Assembly (NCBI GenBank): GCA_038153405.1
Contig: JAYOYH010000006.1
Coordinates: 47,894-111,893, forward strand
From: Gemmatimonadota bacterium
GTDB lineage: Bacteria > Latescibacterota > UBA2968 > UBA8231
Direction of reading: 5' to 3'
DNA length: 64,000 bases
In this document: in pieces, positions 9,608 to 18,718 of the stretch
Position numbering within the stretch: the first letter of the stretch is position 1
Layout: each line of letters starts with the position of its first letter
Notes under the pieces: generated by a model
Told to the model about the DNA's origin: nothing
Databases searched by the model: none
What the model saw: only the letters and a program-made list of their open reading frames with translations
Position numbers and translations under genes: made by a program

Positions 9608-10897
9608 CTACCAGAGGCGCCAGACCGTTCGCGTTGCCAACTCAGTGCGATCGATCTTGCCCTGTGTGTAGGCGTCGATGGCCGACTTCTCAACCCGCAT
9701 AAGCAAGCGGTTGGCTTCGGCGTGTCCAGGCGGAAGGCGCACGTCGACGAATACGCTCTCTTCGGCGGCTACGCCGTGCAGCGTTGCGCCGTATTTGCCC
9801 ATGGTTTCGACCAGTGCTTCTTTCCAATGCGCTATCGAGTCGTTGGCTCGGTGGTGGTGAGCGGGGCCGGCTGCCGGGAGGCGATGTGGGGGTAGGGGCG
9901 GGCGCATATCGAGAGAGAAGATCGCACCGAGGCCGGGTTGGTGTGCGCCAGAAGCCACTGCAGCTGGGCGTGTGCCGTGTGCGGGGTGGCGCAGCGAGGC
10001 GGCGATAATGCCGGCCATGAGGGCTATTTTTTTATTGCCGGTATCGGCAAGGAGTTCGAATTGTATGCGCTTGGAAAATGCTGCGCTGTCGATCTTGCCG
10101 CGCCGTCTCTCATCGATATCGCCTTTTTGCGCGCTCGCCGAGATGAGAGAGGGTCGCGTTGTTTGAGCAGGCGCTGCGCTAGCGCGTGGCCGGACCATCA
10201 GCCGCTCGGCGAGTTTTCCTATGTGGTCGTCTGCCATCAGGGTGTCGATTACGACGCGTATTTGGCGTTTGACCGCACTCGGGGGAAGGTGGGTTTCCAG
10301 CGTGTCAATATGTGCCGATCGACCGTCGTCGGACCCGATTTTTACGATAGTTAATTCGGTTTCCATATCTTTCCCTCCTGCCCCGGGTGAGCCCACGCGC
10401 ACATCGACGTCGACTCGTGCCCTGTCGCCGGGTGAGTGCACCGCCGTGGTGCGATATAAGACGGCGATGCGCGCATCGTCATCCAACCCGTCGATTGCAC
10501 CGGCGTAGTCGCTGAGAAACTCACTCAGCGCCGCGCGCACCGGTTTGACTTCACCGTCTCGACTTTCCGCTGTGCCCCGCCGAGTTTTTTCGACGTGCTG
10601 CCGTCCTTCTTGGTCGACCCATGTGCGCGTTAGGTGCTCTACTATGGGCTCATCGGACAGGGAGCCCTCTGCTAGAAAAACCACCCCGTAGTCTTCTATG
10701 TACACGCCGTGCACGCGTGGATATGTTGGGGAGACAAGGGGCGGTTCGTCGACGGGAGAGTCTATTAGGGCCCGCAGGATGTCTTCTGCAATGCGCACAT
10801 CGCGCTGCATGCGCTGGGCGTCCACTTTAGCATCAGTGACGACTGGCAGGCCGCCCAATAAGAGGGCAGAGGTAAATAGTGCAAATGACGTGCGCAT
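9608..10897 (-). CDS. Secreted hypothetical protein with internal duplication
   Basis: SD-like GAGGAG upstream, signal peptide MRTSFALFTSALLLGG, two similar halves. Confidence 0.7.
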   Translation of the reverse strand: MRTSFALFTSALLLGGLPVVTDAKVDAQRMQRDVRIAEDILRALIDSPVDEPPLVSPTYPRVHGVYIEDYGVVFLAEGSLSDEPIVEHLTRTWVDQEGRQHVEKTRRGTAESRDGEVKPVRAALSEFLSDYAGAIDGLDDDARIAVLYRTTAVHSPGDRARVDVDVRVGSPGAGGKDMETELTIVKIGSDDGRSAHIDTLETHLPPSAVKRQIRVVIDTLMADDHIGKLAERLMVRPRASAAPAQTTRPSLISASAQKGDIDERRRGKIDSAAFSKRIQFELLADTGNKKIALMAGIIAASLRHPAHGTRPAAVASGAHQPGLGAIFSLDMRPPLPPHRLPAAGPAHHHRANDSIAHWKEALVETMGKYGATLHGVAAEESVFVDVRLPPGHAEANRLLMRVEKSAIDAYTQGKIDRTELATRTVWRLW

Positions 10898-10968
10898 GGG
10901 GAAGTGATCTCCTCTAACGGCGCGGCGGCGGCGTTGCCGCACCGTCGGTTCGCGTAGATGGGCGCGGG

Positions 10969-11913
10969 CTAGTTTTCCATGAACTGAACGATGTACTCGC
11001 GCAACGCGTCTGCGGCCTCGTTCCAGAACGGACCGAGCTCGTCGGCGTTGGCCGAACCGTTAGTCTGGCTGCAAAAGGAGAACGGCTCTTGCAGCAGCAG
11101 CGCCTTGCTCTCCCAAGCGCGCAGTTCAACGCTGAGTTCAACGCAGGGCTTAAGGTCGGCGTTCGAACCCGTAAAAGTAAAGTTGTCGACACCGAAGATC
11201 AGATGGAAATCTGGCTGCACCAGCACGTTGGACTCGCGTTCGCGCACGGCCCAGAGAATGCGCTCGGACTCGGGCAGGCGCCGGACTAAAGCGGGGATGA
11301 TAAAGCGCTGCACCTCGCGCACCTGCTCCCGCACAAAGGCCTCGTCCTGCGTGTTGAAGAATATGAACAGCGGATCTATACCGACTTCAAAGCGATTGGT
11401 CTGCCCGCCGACCAAGATGCCGACGGCCTTCTGTTTTTGGTCATCTATATCATCGGAGAGAGCCCAATCAAGGCTGCTCAGAATAAACGTGCGGCTCTGG
11501 AAAAAAGGCGTCTTCGACTTGCGTGCCGCTTTGTTGATGCCGCTGTCGAGGAGGTAGTTGCCCTTGCCCTGTAATACCTTGCGCCCCTCTTGGCTCAGGT
11601 AGCGCAGCAATTTGCCGGCGCGTTTTTCATCGATATCAGGCTGTCCTTGCAAGACGAGGGTCTTCCAAGTTGTGCTCTCGTTTTTGCGCAGTTGGTCGAG
11701 GGTATCAATGAGGGCGATGAGGCGGGGGCGCAGTTCGTCTTCGGGCACGCGACTCTCGCGCGAAAGGCGTTCGAGAAACTCGTTCGAGTGCGCGGGTTCT
11801 GCGTCGGCAAAGGTCTCGTACAGCGCGATAAACACGTCGTGGCGAAACCGTTCCTCATCGAATTGGGCAAAGCTGGTAGCGCAAAGCGTCAGCAGGCAAA
11901 GCAGGGTTTTCAA
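10969..11913 (-). CDS. Secreted hypothetical protein
   Basis: TTG start after GAGAGG; (M)KTLLCLLTLCATSFA signal peptide; no family recognised. Confidence 0.65.
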   Translation of the reverse strand: MKTLLCLLTLCATSFAQFDEERFRHDVFIALYETFADAEPAHSNEFLERLSRESRVPEDELRPRLIALIDTLDQLRKNESTTWKTLVLQGQPDIDEKRAGKLLRYLSQEGRKVLQGKGNYLLDSGINKAARKSKTPFFQSRTFILSSLDWALSDDIDDQKQKAVGILVGGQTNRFEVGIDPLFIFFNTQDEAFVREQVREVQRFIIPALVRRLPESERILWAVRERESNVLVQPDFHLIFGVDNFTFTGSNADLKPCVELSVELRAWESKALLLQEPFSFCSQTNGSANADELGPFWNEAADALREYIVQFMEN

Positions 11914-11966
11914 GGCAGTCCTCTCGGTAGGGCCCAACGGGCAGATGCGGCGTCTCTGTACACACC

Positions 11967-12560
11967 TCAGTGCGGATCGGGTTCCGAATTTTTCAGATCA
12001 ATCCAGTAGCGCAACTTTTTCATCGGCTCGTCACCGGCGCGCCCCTCGGCGCGAAACGTGCTTTGGGTCATGGGGATAGCGCTCTCGAATTGGCCGCCGT
12101 TGTGCTCGATAATTTTGCGCGAGCCGACGTTGTCGGCATCGCAGGTGACCAAGACCCGATGCAGGTCTAGTGCGCTCGAATTGCCGAGCGCCAACTCGAG
12201 AATAGTCTTGCCGTAGCCCATGCGCCGCTTGGAAGGACGAATGCTGTAGCCTATATGGCCGCCATAGGTTATTAAATACGGCGTGCACAGCTCTGGCCGG
12301 ATCGACGCTTGGCCAATGTATTGCCCGTCGTCAACGAGCCAGAACACGTGATCTACATACCACCCTCTTTGGCGACGGGCAGCCCTGCTCAAAGCGCATA
12401 GATCGTGGACAAATTGCTCGAACTGGTCTTGCAGAGAACGCAGGTTGTAGCCCAAATAGGTACTATACGTCGAATCGAGGCGTCCCTCGGCAAAAAAGTC
12501 TTCGGCGCCCTGTAGGAAGCTCTCGCGATAGGCGACAGATGGCGTAACGAGCGTGCTCAT
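11967..12560 (-). CDS. GNAT family N-acetyltransferase
   Basis: GGHIGYSIRPSKRRMGYG acetyl-CoA motif; LVTCDADNVGSRKIIEHNGG. Confidence 0.9.
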   Translation of the reverse strand: MSTLVTPSVAYRESFLQGAEDFFAEGRLDSTYSTYLGYNLRSLQDQFEQFVHDLCALSRAARRQRGWYVDHVFWLVDDGQYIGQASIRPELCTPYLITYGGHIGYSIRPSKRRMGYGKTILELALGNSSALDLHRVLVTCDADNVGSRKIIEHNGGQFESAIPMTQSTFRAEGRAGDEPMKKLRYWIDLKNSEPDPH

Positions 12561-12681
12561 GGACAAATCGCTGCTTGGGGTCGGGCGAGCAAGGTACGGC
12601 GCGAGCGCTCCGGCGTCAAGCAAACACAGTGTAAAGACGAACTATACGGCCCGGTGGGGAATAGAAGTCGCAGCGGGCGCT

Positions 12682-13446
12682 CTATGCGTGAGGGAAGGGT
12701 ATGCCCTGTGGCCAGGTATCGCGTGGCTCATAGCCGAGTATTTCGCGCGCCGGTGTCAGATCGAGACGCACCCAGTCGGCGGGAGCACTCGTGGCAAATA
12801 CAGTTGCGCATTGGCCTGCCTGTGGCGCATTCGATTCCACGCAGCGCTCAAAGAAACGGCAGGCATCGTCGTGGCTGAAATAGACGCGCGGGCCGTGTTC
12901 GTACTGGGCGAGCCGTCGCGCCTCATCCGTATTGCGTGGGAACCAACCGATGCGCACGTTGATGACGGACAGGTCGTGTACGCGCGCATACATATCGCCG
13001 ATGTCTTCCGCCCATACTTTGGTCAGGGCGTAGTGGTTTGTCGGTTTGGCACCGTCCTCAATGCGTATGATTCCCTCTCGCTTGTGGCCGCTAATTACCT
13101 GAAGTGAAGAGGCCAGCACCAGCCGTTTGACACCGCTTTCGACGGCTGCAGCGCAGACGTGGTATAGACCGCGCACGTTGGGCTCCAATAGAACGTCTAC
13201 GAAGTCGGCGTTGTTGGGGTAAGCGCCCAGGTGAATAACCGCGTCGACGTCAGCCATGGCACGGTGCACGGCGACCGCGTCGCTCAGGTCGCCTGTGATC
13301 TGGTCTTCGAGATCGGGATGGGGTTCCAGGGAAAAACCGCGCACGCGGTGTCCGCGCGCGCGCAGGTGTCTGCAAATGGGCGTGCCGATGGCACCACTGG
13401 CACCGGTGACCAGCACGCGCTGTGGAATGGAGGCGCTTTCGCTCAT
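12682..13446 (-). CDS. NAD-dependent epimerase/dehydratase (extended SDR, uronate dehydrogenase-like)
   Basis: VLVTGASGAIG, LASS, YALTK (YxxxK), NVRIG. Confidence 0.88.
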   Translation of the reverse strand: MSESASIPQRVLVTGASGAIGTPICRHLRARGHRVRGFSLEPHPDLEDQITGDLSDAVAVHRAMADVDAVIHLGAYPNNADFVDVLLEPNVRGLYHVCAAAVESGVKRLVLASSLQVISGHKREGIIRIEDGAKPTNHYALTKVWAEDIGDMYARVHDLSVINVRIGWFPRNTDEARRLAQYEHGPRVYFSHDDACRFFERCVESNAPQAGQCATVFATSAPADWVRLDLTPAREILGYEPRDTWPQGIPFPHA

Positions 13447-13711
13447 GGTTGCTCGCTTTTGGCTGCGTGTACTCTCTATGCTGCTCTGAGCCGCTGTTGG
13501 CAGGCAGCGCGGACGAGCATTGTAATAAAAAGGATCGATGGGGTAAAGCGCTCATAGCGGACTAAATGGCCAGGTCCGAGGCGTGCAGTCTTGTGAGATT
13601 GATTTTTTGGGCTGTGCTCCAACCGTTCGTTTTTGTACAATAGAAGCGCCTTCGCAACGGAGCGAAGACGAAACGCGTTGTCGTCAAGTGGATATCAATC
13701 ACGTTAAAAAC

Positions 13712-14974
13712 ATGGTTCAACCGGCGCTGCTGCGTCTGTGCGTTGCACTGAGCGTGGCGGCCGTGCTCGTCGCGCTATTGGCCGAGTTGTCGCTCTTCTC
13801 GTTTATCGTGCCGCTGCGTTCGCCCTTGTCGACGGCGACCATTGTCTGTTGGGCCGCGTTTTTCGTATTGCGCAATCTCGGCGAAGAAGATCGCCGCAAG
13901 GTCGTTTCGGCCCAGGGCACGGGTGGAGATATACTGCAAGTCGCCACGCTGCACGCGCTGCCCATTTACGGTGAGAGGGGAGATGGCGGAGATTTTTCGC
14001 AGGGAGAAAGGTTTTTTCGCAGTGCGCGCTACGCCGAGGCGGCCGAGGCCTTTCTGCGCGCCCATGCGGATGACGGACATCCGGCCTCTGCGCTCAATGC
14101 CGGTGCGGCGCTGATCCATATCGCCGACTTTGAGCGGGCGCGCAGCGTGCTGGAAGAGGCCCAGTTGCCCGCTCGCCGATTGCAGAGTCGGCTCGTAGAG
14201 GCTGCCTTGCACGCTGTTTGTGGCATGCTCGATGCCCGCCAAGGCAATATGAACGAGGCGCTGGGCCACTATGCATCGGCCGCCGAGTTGTTCCAGCGCG
14301 AAGGCGACGGGCGCGGGCGCGGCGATGCGCTGATCAATGCGGCCAATGCGCGCGTGCACCGGGGGGAGTACGAAGCGGCTAAGCGCCTCTTGGCCGATGC
14401 CGTGCGCGCCCACCGCCGCAGCGGGGGACTGTTGGGGCGGGCCAATGCTCAAGCCTGTCGCGGCTATATCCAAGTGGAGAGTGGTGACCCCGACGAGGCG
14501 CTAGAGACACTCGACCGCGCGGTTGATCTATATCGGCAGGCGCGCAGTTCCGCCGGCCTCGCTCACGTCCGCATGCTGCAGGGCAATGCGCATTTTAAGT
14601 GCGGTGACCTGCAGAGAGCACAGGTTTCCTACGAGGAATCTTCGGCGCTGTGCCGGCAGTCCGGGGATCTGTTGGGCGAGGCTAGTGCCAAGGTCAATAT
14701 TGGCAATTTGCACTTTAGGCAGGGCGATTTGGAGAGCGCTCTGCGCGATTATGAAGCGGCATTGGAGGTGCATATTAAGGCGGGCAACGCATTGGGTCAG
14801 GCGCGCACGCTAACCAATATGGGCTCCGCGTTGGTGCGCCAACGCCGCAGTGCCGAAGCGCTGGATGCGCTAGAACAGGCGCAGTTACTTTACGATCACG
14901 TCGGAGCGCAGGGGCGCGTGGTCGAGAGCGTGGGGCGCATTATCACGCGCCTCAAGCGGCACAGTCAGCGCTAG
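13712..14974 (+). CDS. Membrane-anchored TPR protein
   Basis: Two N-terminal hydrophobic helices, then TPR-like repeats (GEASAKVNIGNLH, GQARTLTNMG); start uncertain (13583/13688/13712). Confidence 0.75.
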   Translation: MVQPALLRLCVALSVAAVLVALLAELSLFSFIVPLRSPLSTATIVCWAAFFVLRNLGEEDRRKVVSAQGTGGDILQVATLHALPIYGERGDGGDFSQGERFFRSARYAEAAEAFLRAHADDGHPASALNAGAALIHIADFERARSVLEEAQLPARRLQSRLVEAALHAVCGMLDARQGNMNEALGHYASAAELFQREGDGRGRGDALINAANARVHRGEYEAAKRLLADAVRAHRRSGGLLGRANAQACRGYIQVESGDPDEALETLDRAVDLYRQARSSAGLAHVRMLQGNAHFKCGDLQRAQVSYEESSALCRQSGDLLGEASAKVNIGNLHFRQGDLESALRDYEAALEVHIKAGNALGQARTLTNMGSALVRQRRSAEALDALEQAQLLYDHVGAQGRVVESVGRIITRLKRHSQR

Positions 14975-15047
14975 GTGCATGTAGCCCTGCCAATCTCGCA
15001 TGGCCTGGCGATATTGTCGGGATAGATGACCCATTACGGAGCGAACA

Positions 15048-15518
15048 ATGAGCGAAACGATACGACTGCGCGTCAACGGCAGCGAGCGCGAAGTGGGCAC
15101 CGGCCCCGAGGTGCCGCTGCTCTACGCGCTGCGCAACGATCTGGGGTTGAAGGGAGCCAAGTACGGCTGCGGTTTGGAGCAGTGCGGAGCGTGTAAAGTG
15201 CTGATTGATGGAGAGGCGCTGCCGTCGTGTAAAATGCCGGTGCGCGAGGCTGTGGGCCGAGAAATTGTCACAGTAGAGGGGTTGGGCACGGTGGGTCAGT
15301 TGCACCCGGTACAGCGCGCCTTTGTCGAAGAGAGCGCGGCGCAGTGCGGCTATTGCACGGCCGGTCTGGTCATCGGTGCCGTGGCTCTGCTCGAAAAAAA
15401 TCCGCATCCTACCAACGCGCAGATTGGCGCCGCGTTAGCGCGCCATTTGTGCCGCTGCGGCGCGCATAGTCGAGTGCTCAAGGCCGTGCGTCGCGCCGCC
15501 GCGGAGATGGCTCGATGA
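15048..15518 (+). CDS. (2Fe-2S)-binding small subunit of a xanthine oxidase-family Mo-oxidoreductase (IorA/NicA-like)
   Basis: KYGCGLEQCGAC..SC and QCGYC..LCRC motifs. Confidence 0.93.
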   Translation: MSETIRLRVNGSEREVGTGPEVPLLYALRNDLGLKGAKYGCGLEQCGACKVLIDGEALPSCKMPVREAVGREIVTVEGLGTVGQLHPVQRAFVEESAAQCGYCTAGLVIGAVALLEKNPHPTNAQIGAALARHLCRCGAHSRVLKAVRRAAAEMAR

Positions 15519-17644
15519 ACGGCATAGACGCTGCGCTGCGCATAGAAGAGGACGGCTGCGTCAGCATTTTCATGAGCAAAGTCGAAGTCGGTCAGGGCTT
15601 GAAAATCGCCCTTGCCCAAATCGCTGCCGAAGAGTTGGATGTGGACTTTTCGCGCGTGTGCATCGTGCGCGCGGATACGGCTTTTTCGGCCGACGCTTCC
15701 TATACGGCGGGCAGCAATTCGATTCAGACCGTAGGTGAGTGGGTGCGTCGTGCGGCGGCCAGTGCGCGCCACTGTATGGTGCAGCAGGTCGCCGACGCGT
15801 GGGGCGTGGACGTCGATGCGCTGTGCGTGGAGAATGGATGGATCCGCGAGCGCGGCGGTGCGCGAAAAATGGGCTATGGCGAGTTGATGGGGGGAAAGGC
15901 CTTTAATCGCCCCCTAATCGACGACGTGCGCTGCAAGGATCCGCAGGCATACCGCATTGTTGGACGCGCTGTGCGCGGCGCGGATATGGTCGCCAAGGTC
16001 ACGGGCGGCGGGGAATTTATACAGGATCTCGACTTGCCCGGCATGGTGCACGGGCGCGTGGTGCGCCCTCCCGGGCTGCACCACATTTTAATTGATGTCG
16101 ACCGCGCGGCCTTAGAGCAGATGCCCGGCGTGCTGGCCGTCGTGCGCGACGGCAGTTTCCTCGGCGTTATTGCCGAGCGCGAGGAGCAGGCGATTGCCGC
16201 ATCGGCGGTGGCGCGTGCGAGGTCTGCGTGGAAGAGGAATGATCCACTGCCACCGTCAGAATCGCTCTATGAACAGCTACGGCATGGCGAGGGACAAGCT
16301 CTGCGCGTGGTCGACGGCGCACCGGTAGAGGGCGAGGTAGACGAACCTCGTGTGCCGCCGGATGCGGTCAAGACGCTGCGGGCGCGCTACTGTCGGCCGT
16401 TTCACCTGCACGCCTCGCTGGGGCCCTCGGCCGCGCTGGCCGAGTGGCGCGATGATAGCGTGCTGGTGTGGAGTCACACGCAGGGCGTTTTTCCGCTGCG
16501 CGGCGCGCTGGCTCAGGTGCTGGGAGTGGATGTAGACGCGGTGCGCGTGCAGCACGTAGAAGGTTCGGGCTGCTACGGTCACAACGGCGCCGACGACGTG
16601 GCGCTCGACGCGGCGCTCCTGGCGCGCGCGCTGCCGGGTAGGCCCGTGCGCGTGCAGTGGATGCGCGAAGACGAGCACGCCTGGGAAGCCTGCGGTTCGG
16701 CGATGCTGCTGGAGATGCAGGCCAGTCTCGATGCAGAAGGGGTCATCGTAGATTGGAACCACGACGTGTGGAGCTATACGCATTCGGGTCGGCCGCGCGC
16801 GGCTGAGGGCGCGTCGAATTTGCTGGCGGCATGGCATCTGCAAAAGCCCCTGCCGCGTCATCAGCCTCGCCCTGGGGGAGGCTCGCACGGCGGCATTCAC
16901 CGCAACGCCGATCCGCTTTACTCCTTTGCCCGGCGCCGCGTGGTAAAGCACTTCGTGCGCGATAATCCGCTGCGCGTGTCTGCACTGCGCGGTCTGGGCG
17001 CCTACGGCAACGTCTTTGCCATCGAATCCTTTATGGACGAACTCGCCCTAGCCGCCCAATGCGATCCGCTGGACTTTCGCCTGCGCCACTTGGACGACGA
17101 GCGCGCCTGTGCGGTGTTGAAAGCGGCGGCTGAAAAGGCGGGATGGCGGCGTGGCGTTCAGAGAGGCGGATCCGAAGATGGGCGTGGCATGGGATTGGGT
17201 TTTGCCCAGTACAAGAACGAAAAGTGCTATGCTGCCGTCATTGCTCAGGTGCAGGTAATCGATGGGCATATTCATCTGGAGCGCCTAGTCGTTGCGGCCG
17301 ACGCAGGGCAGATCGTCAATCCGGACGGCATGGCCAACCAACTGGAAGGAGGTGTCGTGCAGGCGGCTAGTTGGACACTGTGCGAACAAGTGCGCTATGG
17401 CCCCTGGGGCATAGAGAGCCGCGACTGGGATACCTATCCCATCCTGCGCTTTGATCAGGTCCCCGAAGTAGATACCGTGCTGATTGACCGTCCTGGGCAG
17501 CCCAGCAAGGGATGCGGAGAAGCTGCGCAGGGACCGACGCCGGCCGCCATGGCCAACGCCGTCTTTGCAGCCTGTGGAGCGCGGCTGCGCGATATCCCCT
17601 TCACCGCACCCAAAGTGCGCGCGGCGCTGCCGTTGAGTGGATAA
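15515..17644 (+). CDS. Molybdopterin-binding large subunit (IorB/NicB-like)
   Basis: KVEVGQG, AGSNS, GSGCYGHNG, LRGLG, NQLEGG, GCGEA; ATGA overlap with the small subunit gene. Confidence 0.92.
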   Translation: MNGIDAALRIEEDGCVSIFMSKVEVGQGLKIALAQIAAEELDVDFSRVCIVRADTAFSADASYTAGSNSIQTVGEWVRRAAASARHCMVQQVADAWGVDVDALCVENGWIRERGGARKMGYGELMGGKAFNRPLIDDVRCKDPQAYRIVGRAVRGADMVAKVTGGGEFIQDLDLPGMVHGRVVRPPGLHHILIDVDRAALEQMPGVLAVVRDGSFLGVIAEREEQAIAASAVARARSAWKRNDPLPPSESLYEQLRHGEGQALRVVDGAPVEGEVDEPRVPPDAVKTLRARYCRPFHLHASLGPSAALAEWRDDSVLVWSHTQGVFPLRGALAQVLGVDVDAVRVQHVEGSGCYGHNGADDVALDAALLARALPGRPVRVQWMREDEHAWEACGSAMLLEMQASLDAEGVIVDWNHDVWSYTHSGRPRAAEGASNLLAAWHLQKPLPRHQPRPGGGSHGGIHRNADPLYSFARRRVVKHFVRDNPLRVSALRGLGAYGNVFAIESFMDELALAAQCDPLDFRLRHLDDERACAVLKAAAEKAGWRRGVQRGGSEDGRGMGLGFAQYKNEKCYAAVIAQVQVIDGHIHLERLVVAADAGQIVNPDGMANQLEGGVVQAASWTLCEQVRYGPWGIESRDWDTYPILRFDQVPEVDTVLIDRPGQPSKGCGEAAQGPTPAAMANAVFAACGARLRDIPFTAPKVRAALPLSG

Positions 17645-17649
17645 TTATA

Positions 17650-17697
17650 TGAGGCAAAAATGTCTCATCCTCTGTCCTTTGTGCTATATTTGTCACA
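17650..17697. promoter_or_regulatory. Pair of 18-bp palindromes, putative sigma54 enhancer
   Basis: TGAGGCA-AAAA-TGTCTCA (17650-17667) and TGTGCTA-TATT-TGTCACA (17680-17697), 30 bp apart. Confidence 0.65.
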
Positions 17698-17738
17698 CCA
17701 GATGCGTTTACGTCCCGTGTAAACAGGGGGTTGATGCC

Positions 17739-17754
17739 CGGCACGGAAATTGCC
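17739..17754 (+). promoter_or_regulatory. Sigma54 (-24/-12) promoter of the PilZ-NtrC operon
   Basis: CGGCACGGAAATTGCC, matching GGCAC-N5-TTGC. Confidence 0.7.
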
Positions 17755-17801
17755 CCGTAAAGAGATAGAGAATCGACACACTCTTTTCGGAGGAGTCCGG
17801 T

Positions 17802-18653
17802 GTGAACGCTCTTTGGTTGAGTATCGTCTGGATTGGGTTGGGGCCGGGGCGCGCTTGGGCCGTGGACAAAAGCTATTCCAAGGCGCTCAAGCACATCGAA
17901 ATCAAGAGTTCGGGCAGCTTGGGAACGTCCGGCCAAGAACTGGTGCCCATTCTGCTGACGGTGGTCGCACTCGTAGTCGCCATCGCGCTATATCAGAAAT
18001 ATAAGGAGCGGCGTACGGCAAAAAAGAGCAGCGGTCCGCAAGCCAAGAGGCAGCCTGGTTTTAGTGAGCATGCGGCTAAGATGGGATTCCAGCGCGCCGA
18101 GATTCACCTGCTCGAATCGGCGGCTGAAAAGGTATCGCCGCTGCGCATGGCTCAGCTGCTAGATACAGATGCCGGGCGTCACCAACTGGCCAGCGAAATA
18201 AAAAAGCGCGCGCTGCGCCGCGAGCGCGAGCTGCGCTTACTGCGCGGAATGAGTAGAAAATTGAGTACCAGAGGCCATATCGAGGAACGCGCATCCGCGC
18301 GCGTGGAGATGCACTTGCCCGTTGGCGTTGTGCCGGGCCTGATGGCCGAAGAGGTCGACGGCGAATGGAACGATGTTCAACAGGTCGATGGCATAATCGT
18401 AGACCTGAGCGAGGGCGGCGCAGCGCTGCACGCCGATCTTGCGCTGGATGCCGGCGATTCGCTGGCATTCTGGTCTGCCGATCCGGATGTGTGGCTACCG
18501 CCCACGACGGCTCAGATCCTGCATGTGGAAGCGCTGGGCAAGGGGGGGGTGTTTCACCTGCAGCTGTTGGAAGCTCCCAGCGAAGAACTGCGCGCAGCAA
18601 TCAGCGCGTTACGGCCCGAAGGGGTCTGTGATCAGGACGCAGTGAGCAATTAA
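17802..18653 (+). CDS. Membrane-anchored PilZ-domain protein
   Basis: GGAGGAG SD; signal-like N-terminus plus one TM helix; RASAR (RxxxR) and DLSEGG (DxSxxG). Confidence 0.8.
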   Translation: MNALWLSIVWIGLGPGRAWAVDKSYSKALKHIEIKSSGSLGTSGQELVPILLTVVALVVAIALYQKYKERRTAKKSSGPQAKRQPGFSEHAAKMGFQRAEIHLLESAAEKVSPLRMAQLLDTDAGRHQLASEIKKRALRRERELRLLRGMSRKLSTRGHIEERASARVEMHLPVGVVPGLMAEEVDGEWNDVQQVDGIIVDLSEGGAALHADLALDAGDSLAFWSADPDVWLPPTTAQILHVEALGKGGVFHLQLLEAPSEELRAAISALRPEGVCDQDAVSN

Positions 18654-18718
18654 CATCCGCCGCAGCACGCCCCATTGATTATTGGGGCGTGCTGCGCAGC
18701 GGAATGCGGAGAATATGT

